This document shows positions 59,176-63,991 of a stretch of 63,991 nt of DNA, in pieces (within the stretch, counting starts at the first letter, position 1; every line of letters starts with the position of its first letter). The stretch is from Patescibacteria group bacterium. GTDB lineage: Bacteria > Patescibacteriota > Microgenomatia > JAMCZE01. The notes beneath the pieces were generated by a model that saw only the letters and a list, made by a program, of their open reading frames with translations, was not told the DNA's origin and made no database searches. Location of the stretch: contig JAMCZE010000014.1 in the NCBI GenBank assembly GCA_023485845.1, forward strand, positions 1 through 63,991. The letters run 5' to 3'. Position numbers and translations under genes: made by a program.

Positions 59176-60192
59176 ATGAAGATCTTGACTATTCCCCCAA
59201 AATATAAAATTACTGAAAATATTGTCCAATACCTTTCGGAAATTGAGTCCAATCGCTCGGTAATTGACCATGTCGACATCCCTTTGGAAATTGAAAAGAA
59301 CATTCGCGGCCGATCTACTATCGGCAGCGCATTGTTTTCGGCTAGGATTGAGGGAAACACTTTGACTAAAGCAGAGATCCAAAGTTTTAGCGACCTCTCG
59401 CAAAAAGACCAACGGAAATTAGAAGTGGCAAACCTTAGTCGGGTCATTGAAAAGATTCTTGAATATTCGCGTAAAAAGAAAGCTATCACCCGGGACGATA
59501 TTCTCCATTGGCACAAAATTGCCATGAGAAATATCCTCGCGCGGCAATATTGCGGAACATTCAGGCAAAGTCAGGAGGGGATCTTCGATTCGATGGGAAA
59601 CGTCATTTATCATGCTCCTCCGCCGTCCCAAGTGGAGCCTCTTATGAACGAGTTATTAACTTTTGTTAATGGTCAAAGCGAGAAATTTGTTCTCATCAAC
59701 GCGATTCAATCGCATTTTATTTTTGAGAAAATCCATCCTTTTGTTGACGGCAGCGGCCGAATTGGCCGCCTTTTACAAATGGCGATTCTTTGCAAAGAAA
59801 ATTACGGAATGAAAGGCTTGGTCGTGGTGGAAGAGGAAATTGATAATAACAAACAATCCTATTACACCGCTCTGGAAGAGAGCACGAGCTTAGACGCGAC
59901 ACCGTTTGTTGAACTGATGCTGGAATTTTTAAAGGATGCGACGGGGAAAGCTAAGGATATTGTTTTAAATCAAAAAAATAACCCCTCCCGTTTTGATCTT
60001 CTCCCTCCCCGGCGGCGGGAAATAGCGCAGATAATCACCGACCAACGAATGGTTTCTTTTGATTTTATTCACCGCCGGTTTCTCAAAGTCAGCCCGCGTC
60101 AACTGGCTTACGACCTGGACGCGTTAATTAAAGCCGGTTTTGTTTCAAAGATTGGAAAGACAAGGGGGGCTTTATATTCCCCAAAAATGTGA
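59176..60192 (+). CDS. Fic-domain protein with C-terminal winged HTH
   Basis: SARIEGN, IHPFVDGSGRIGR and C-terminal VSPRQLAYDLDALIKAG..KIGKTRGALY. Confidence 0.92.
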   Translation: MKILTIPPKYKITENIVQYLSEIESNRSVIDHVDIPLEIEKNIRGRSTIGSALFSARIEGNTLTKAEIQSFSDLSQKDQRKLEVANLSRVIEKILEYSRKKKAITRDDILHWHKIAMRNILARQYCGTFRQSQEGIFDSMGNVIYHAPPPSQVEPLMNELLTFVNGQSEKFVLINAIQSHFIFEKIHPFVDGSGRIGRLLQMAILCKENYGMKGLVVVEEEIDNNKQSYYTALEESTSLDATPFVELMLEFLKDATGKAKDIVLNQKNNPSRFDLLPPRRREIAQIITDQRMVSFDFIHRRFLKVSPRQLAYDLDALIKAGFVSKIGKTRGALYSPKM

Positions 60193-60202
60193 TGGCAAAA
60201 CC

Positions 60203-60222
60203 CCTGCCTGCCGGCAGGCAGG
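60203..60222. repeat. Perfect 20-bp GC palindrome cctgcctgccggcaggcagg
   Basis: Self-complementary and intergenic, just after the Fic gene. Confidence 0.9.
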
Positions 60223-60269
60223 CGCGGCGCCCTTTACGCGCCAAAAAGTTAGTGCTAATCTAAGTTATA

Positions 60270-60452
60270 ATGAGACTTGAGTTAACCGCGCCACAACTTA
60301 AAGTTGTTTCCACCGTGGCTTCTAATTTTGTCGTTGTCTGGCTTGCGGCAATGTTGGCAACTAGAGATCTATTTACGTTGACAATGAACTTTCTCTTTGC
60401 TATCGTGTGTGTATACTTAGCCACCAAAGCGGAGGAGGCTCTGATTTTATGA
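60270..60452 (+). CDS. 2-TM membrane microprotein (60 aa)
   Basis: Two hydrophobic helices. The stop overlaps the next ATG. Confidence 0.65.
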   Translation: MRLELTAPQLKVVSTVASNFVVVWLAAMLATRDLFTLTMNFLFAIVCVYLATKAEEALIL

Positions 60453-60565
60453 TTGATCTTACACCAACAATCACTCAGGCCCAAATTGCTTTCGCGCTAG
60501 GATTGATTGCGCTTGCCACGATTTATTATGTCTTTTCCAATAAACCTCTTCGGCGCAAAAAATGA
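60449..60565 (+). CDS. Single-TM microprotein (38 aa)
   Basis: MIDLTPTITQAQIAFALGLIALATIYYVFSNKPLRRKK, with GGAGGAGG upstream and an ATGA overlap. Confidence 0.65.
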   Translation: MIDLTPTITQAQIAFALGLIALATIYYVFSNKPLRRKK

Positions 60566-60651
60566 GTGTAGAGATGTTTATTTATTTATCGGCGGCGGTT
60601 TTGGGAGCGGTTGCCCTCTACCTTGGCATCTTCAAAATAAATAAGCGCTAG
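60562..60651 (+). CDS. Single-TM microprotein (29 aa)
   Basis: MSVEMFIYLSAAVLGAVALYLGIFKINKR, with an ATGA overlap. Confidence 0.55.
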   Translation: MSVEMFIYLSAAVLGAVALYLGIFKINKR

Positions 60652-60670
60652 ATTGTGGTAAAATTAGCGC

Positions 60671-61957
60671 GTGAATAAGATTTTGGATCCAATGGTTTCT
60701 GCCTGGCACACGCCGGAGCTTAGAAGACGAATCATTTTCACCGCGGTGATTTTTTTTGTCTTCCGGCTTTTTGCCCACATTCCCGTTCCGGGGATTGATC
60801 TGGCGGCCCTGAAATCGCTTTTTGCCCAGAACCAACTGCTGGGCCTGTTAGACATTTTTTCCGGCGGCACCTTGGCCAATTTTTCCGTCATGGCGCTGGG
60901 ACTTAATCCCTACATTAACGCCACCATTATTTTACAGCTGCTGCAGATGGTTTTTCCCCAATTGGAGGCTCTTTCTAAAGAAGGCGAAGCCGGGCGGATG
61001 AAAATTAACCAATATGGCCGGATGATCACCGTTCCCTTGGCGGCTTTGCAAGCATTGGGGACTTATGCCCTGTTAAAAAACCAGAACATCATTACTACCT
61101 TAAATCCGCTGACCTTGGCCTCGCTGATTATCACCCTGGCGGCCGGGACAATCCTTTTGATGTGGCTGGGGGAACTGATCACCGAATATGGCATCGGCAA
61201 CGGCATTTCTATGATCATCTTTGGCGGCATTGTCGGCCGAATGCCCACGATCATCGGCCAAACCGCCTCGGTGGTGGGGACAGACCAAATTTTTAATTTG
61301 GTGGCCTTTATTGGTGTTGGTTTGGCGGTGATTGCCGGCATTGTCATGGTTAACGAGGCCACCCGGCAAATCCCGATTGTCTATGCCCGCCGGGTTCGGG
61401 GCAACAAAATGTATGGCGGCCAGTCCACTTTTTTGCCGCTGCGGGTGAACCAGGCCGGGGTGATCCCGATTATCTTTGCCGTTTCCTTGGTTTTAATTCC
61501 CTCAATGTTGGGCCAATATCTGTCCCAGATTCCTAATCCTTTTATTTCCCGTCTGGCTCAATCTGCCAGCCAACTCTTTACGCCGACCAGCGTGGTTTAT
61601 AACGTTGTCTATTTTATTTTGGTGATCGGCTTTACCTATTTCTACACGGCGGTGATTTTTAATCCGGCAAAAATTTCCGAGGAAGTGCAAAAATATGGTG
61701 GCTTTGTTCCGGGGATCCGGCCGGGAACGCCGACGGCCAATTATCTTAACTATATTCTGACCCGCATCACTCTGGCGGGGGCAATTTTTCTAGGGCTGAT
61801 TGCCGTGCTGCCTTCCCTTGTTCAAAATGTCAGTAACGTGGCCACCTTAACAATTGGCGGCACGGGGATTTTGATTGTTGTTTCCGTGGTTTTGGAAACG
61901 GCGAAACAGTTTGAAACCATGTTGGTGACCAAAAACTACGACAAATTTCTGACATGA
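60671..61957 (+). CDS. secY: Preprotein translocase SecY
   Basis: [29 protein letters not shown] and GGTGILIVV. Confidence 0.99.
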   Translation: MNKILDPMVSAWHTPELRRRIIFTAVIFFVFRLFAHIPVPGIDLAALKSLFAQNQLLGLLDIFSGGTLANFSVMALGLNPYINATIILQLLQMVFPQLEALSKEGEAGRMKINQYGRMITVPLAALQALGTYALLKNQNIITTLNPLTLASLIITLAAGTILLMWLGELITEYGIGNGISMIIFGGIVGRMPTIIGQTASVVGTDQIFNLVAFIGVGLAVIAGIVMVNEATRQIPIVYARRVRGNKMYGGQSTFLPLRVNQAGVIPIIFAVSLVLIPSMLGQYLSQIPNPFISRLAQSASQLFTPTSVVYNVVYFILVIGFTYFYTAVIFNPAKISEEVQKYGGFVPGIRPGTPTANYLNYILTRITLAGAIFLGLIAVLPSLVQNVSNVATLTIGGTGILIVVSVVLETAKQFETMLVTKNYDKFLT

Positions 61958-62484
61958 GAATTGTGATTATGGGCCCGGTGGGCTCCGGCAAAACTACCCA
62001 AGCGGAACTCTTAGCAAAAGAACTTAATCTCCCTCATATCCAGACCGGGGAGATTTATCGCACGATAAGCCAGGAGGATTCACCGGTGGGACGAAAAATT
62101 AAAGAGATTTTGGAAAAAGGCGATTTGATTGATGACCAGACGACTTTTGAAGTGGTGGATAAACACCTGGCTCAAATCAGTGATGGATTTGTGATTGAAG
62201 GCCTTCCCCGAACTTTGGTCCAGGCGCAGCGGGAACTTTTTGAAATTAATAAAGTGTTGTATATTCATATTTCTGATCAAGAGGCGGTTGCCCGGCTCCT
62301 GGCTCGGGGACGGGATGACGACAAGCCGGATATTATTTCTGAACGATTGAAAGTTTATCACCAGAACACCGAGCCAATTCTTGACTACTATCGGGCTTTG
62401 GGAAAACTGATGGAAATTGACGGTAGCGGGACGATTGAAGAAGTTCACCGTTTAATTATGCAAGCCATTGATGATTCAAATTAA
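61954..62484 (+). CDS. adk: Adenylate kinase (short, small LID)
   Basis: [17 protein letters not shown] and RGRDDD. Confidence 0.95.
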   Translation: MRIVIMGPVGSGKTTQAELLAKELNLPHIQTGEIYRTISQEDSPVGRKIKEILEKGDLIDDQTTFEVVDKHLAQISDGFVIEGLPRTLVQAQRELFEINKVLYIHISDQEAVARLLARGRDDDKPDIISERLKVYHQNTEPILDYYRALGKLMEIDGSGTIEEVHRLIMQAIDDSN

Positions 62485-63232
62485 AACCCCGAAAGAAATT
62501 GAAATAATGCGGGAGGGCGGGAAAATTCTCGCCCGAATTTTATCGCAGACGTTGGAAAAGGCCGTCCCCGGTGTTACCACTTGGGATTTGGACAAGTTTG
62601 CCGACGCCCAGATTGCTGCCACTGGGGCCAAGCCATCGTTTAAGATGGAGAAGGGCTACTACTTTGCCACCTGCATGTGTGTTAACGATATGGTGGTTCA
62701 TGGTTTGCCTGACGACCGACCGTTGGAAGAAGGGGATATTTTAGGAATTGATATGGGTGTTTATTACAAAGGTTTCCACACCGATGCGTCGTGGACGAAA
62801 GAAATCCAAAATTCAAAAGGCAAAAGTCAAAAGTCTAAATTTCTTAACACCGGGGAGGAAGCATTAAAAAAAGCCATTGCCCAGTGTCGGCCGGGGAATC
62901 ACATTGGTGACATTTCCCAAACGATTCAGGAAATAGTGGAGGGCGGGGGATATAGTTGTGTTAAACAACTGGTGGGCCACGGCGTGGGCAAGAGTCTGCA
63001 TGAGGACCCGGAAATTCCCTGTTATCTGCGGGGCCAAATTAAAAACACGTCGGAAATAAAAGCGGGAATGGTTCTGGCCATTGAGATAATTTATAACCAG
63101 GGGAAAAGCAACGTGATTTATAGCAATGATGACGGCTGGACCATTGTCACCCGGGACGGTGCCCCTTCCGGCCTTTTCGAACACACCGTCGCCGTCACCC
63201 CCTCCGGCCCCCAGATCCTCACTTGCACTTAA
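62471..63232 (+). CDS. map: Methionine aminopeptidase
   Basis: VHGLP, IDMG..FHTD, GHGVG..HEDP, AIE and FEHT. Confidence 0.97.
   Translation: MIQIKTPKEIEIMREGGKILARILSQTLEKAVPGVTTWDLDKFADAQIAATGAKPSFKMEKGYYFATCMCVNDMVVHGLPDDRPLEEGDILGIDMGVYYKGFHTDASWTKEIQNSKGKSQKSKFLNTGEEALKKAIAQCRPGNHIGDISQTIQEIVEGGGYSCVKQLVGHGVGKSLHEDPEIPCYLRGQIKNTSEIKAGMVLAIEIIYNQGKSNVIYSNDDGWTIVTRDGAPSGLFEHTVAVTPSGPQILTCT
62805..62839. repeat. Heptamer tandem array inside map
   Basis: tccaaaa ttcaaaa ggcaaaa gtcaaaa gtctaaa, encoding IQNSKGKSQKSK. Confidence 0.85.
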
Positions 63233-63261
63233 AGAGACAGTGTAATAATATCGGTTTAAGT

Positions 63262-63624
63262 ATGAAAAGCGAGCGGTCGGCCATTTTAGATTATGAATGA
63301 GGAAGTAGTCTGGAAGACGAAGAACAGTTGGTAGCAAAACTTAAACTGGCTCGTGAGAAAATTACTGCCAGGTTTCCAGGTGTGGCATGTGATGCTTACC
63401 CAACATATGGGGTTTACGAACAATTTCAAGTTAAATTGCGAGGGAAAAATTCAGAAGCCCTGGGACCAGCATTAGATATATTATTTACTATTGCAGGAAC
63501 GCCATCATTCGTACCTTACGGATCAGATAGACAGCGTGTAGAATTATCACTTGGAAAATTTAATAAGCGCCTACAGATAAGATTTCGCGGAGGGCTCGTT
63601 GGCAGACAAGTTGTTGATGCTTAG
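63262..63624 (+). pseudogene. Hypothetical gene with an in-frame TGA at 63298-63300
   Basis: MKSERSAILDYE*GSSLEDEEQLVAKLK... continues in the same frame as the 63328 ORF. Confidence 0.55.
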
Positions 63625-63864
63625 TGTAAGTTCTTATATTGGTCCGGAGAAAGTTTGGTGTCATAGAGGATCTTTTTTAGCAACCCCTGGTGAATGTTTT
63701 CGCCGGAGTGAATTGGGGACAGTTTAGGCATAAAGAGGAACGGCAATATTCTCCACGGCGACAAACTGTTATAGTTGCCCTGATAATTTAGTTCACATTT
63801 CTTGACGTCTTCATCTTCAAGCACTAACTCGATTACTTCTTTAATATTTTTTCTTGCCTCTTCG
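63621..63864 (-). pseudogene. Decayed hicBA module, truncated by IS3
   Basis: HicB remnant EEARKNIKEVIELVLED with a frameshifted tail FVAVENIAV. HicA remnant MPKLSPI-HSGENIHQGLLKKIL lacks its centre. Confidence 0.75.
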
Positions 63865-63991
63865 TGTCAAGTACCCGATTTTTGGGACACGGTTTCTGCG
63901 TCTAGGAATTTTCTTCTAAATTGAGCTGGGGACATCTTTAAGCTGGTGTGAATTCGCAGATTATTGTAGTACCAAATGTAACTGTAAATTT
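63865..63991 (-). mobile_element. IS3-family element, right end with transposase C-terminus
   Basis: Minus strand reads IYSYIWYYNNLRIHTSLKMSPAQF...SGT*. The terminus tgtcaagtacccgatttttgggacac begins with TG. Confidence 0.85.

Noticed and set aside
58927..59412. Extended N-termini of the Fic and ASCH ORFs as given in the ORF track
   Set aside because: They overlap each other head to head. The likely starts are 59176 (+) and 59112 (-).
20124..63300. TGA recoding (genetic code 25), suggested by two in-frame TGAs
   Set aside because: TGA is the normal stop of rpoC, rplD, rplP, rplF, rpsE, secY and metG, and core genes have no internal TGA.
1..63991. CRISPR array, tRNA or rRNA genes
   Set aside because: I saw no repeat-spacer periodicity and no recognisable tRNA or rRNA sequence by eye.

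Overview
This 64-kb window comes from a Patescibacteria (CPR) genome, most likely Microgenomates. The evidence is rpmD (uL30) missing from the spc operon, shortened ribosomal proteins, a sortase, a FemABX pair and typical CPR surface proteins. The genetic code is 11. Both ends fall inside IS elements: an IS200/IS605 right end at 1-125 and an IS3-family end at 63865-63991. In order, the window holds: (1) an AT-rich defence island of about 5.7 kb (OLD-like ABC-ATPase/TOPRIM nuclease with an unknown partner; excisionase-like HTH, EcoRI-family methyltransferase and DUF262-HNH nuclease); (2) pilN/pilO followed by Cys-rich surface proteins, two with sortase-like tails; (3) housekeeping and envelope genes (LCP, tpiA, pcrA, glycosyltransferases, tatD, metG, rmuC, a UvrD-nuclease fusion, two Fem genes, a baseplate-J-like protein, sortase, yqgF, mltG); (4) the rpoBC-str-S10-spc-secY-adk-map supercluster, interrupted at four points by toxin-antitoxin modules and orphan genes. 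The most unusual signals are tandem 7-9-nt repeat arrays and small GC palindromes lying in frame inside many essential genes, a switchable attenuator-like leader before rplC, a translationally coupled trio of membrane microproteins before secY, pervasive leaderless promoter architecture, and two non-canonical defence gene pairs. All calls come from reading the sequence by eye. No searches or computations were run.
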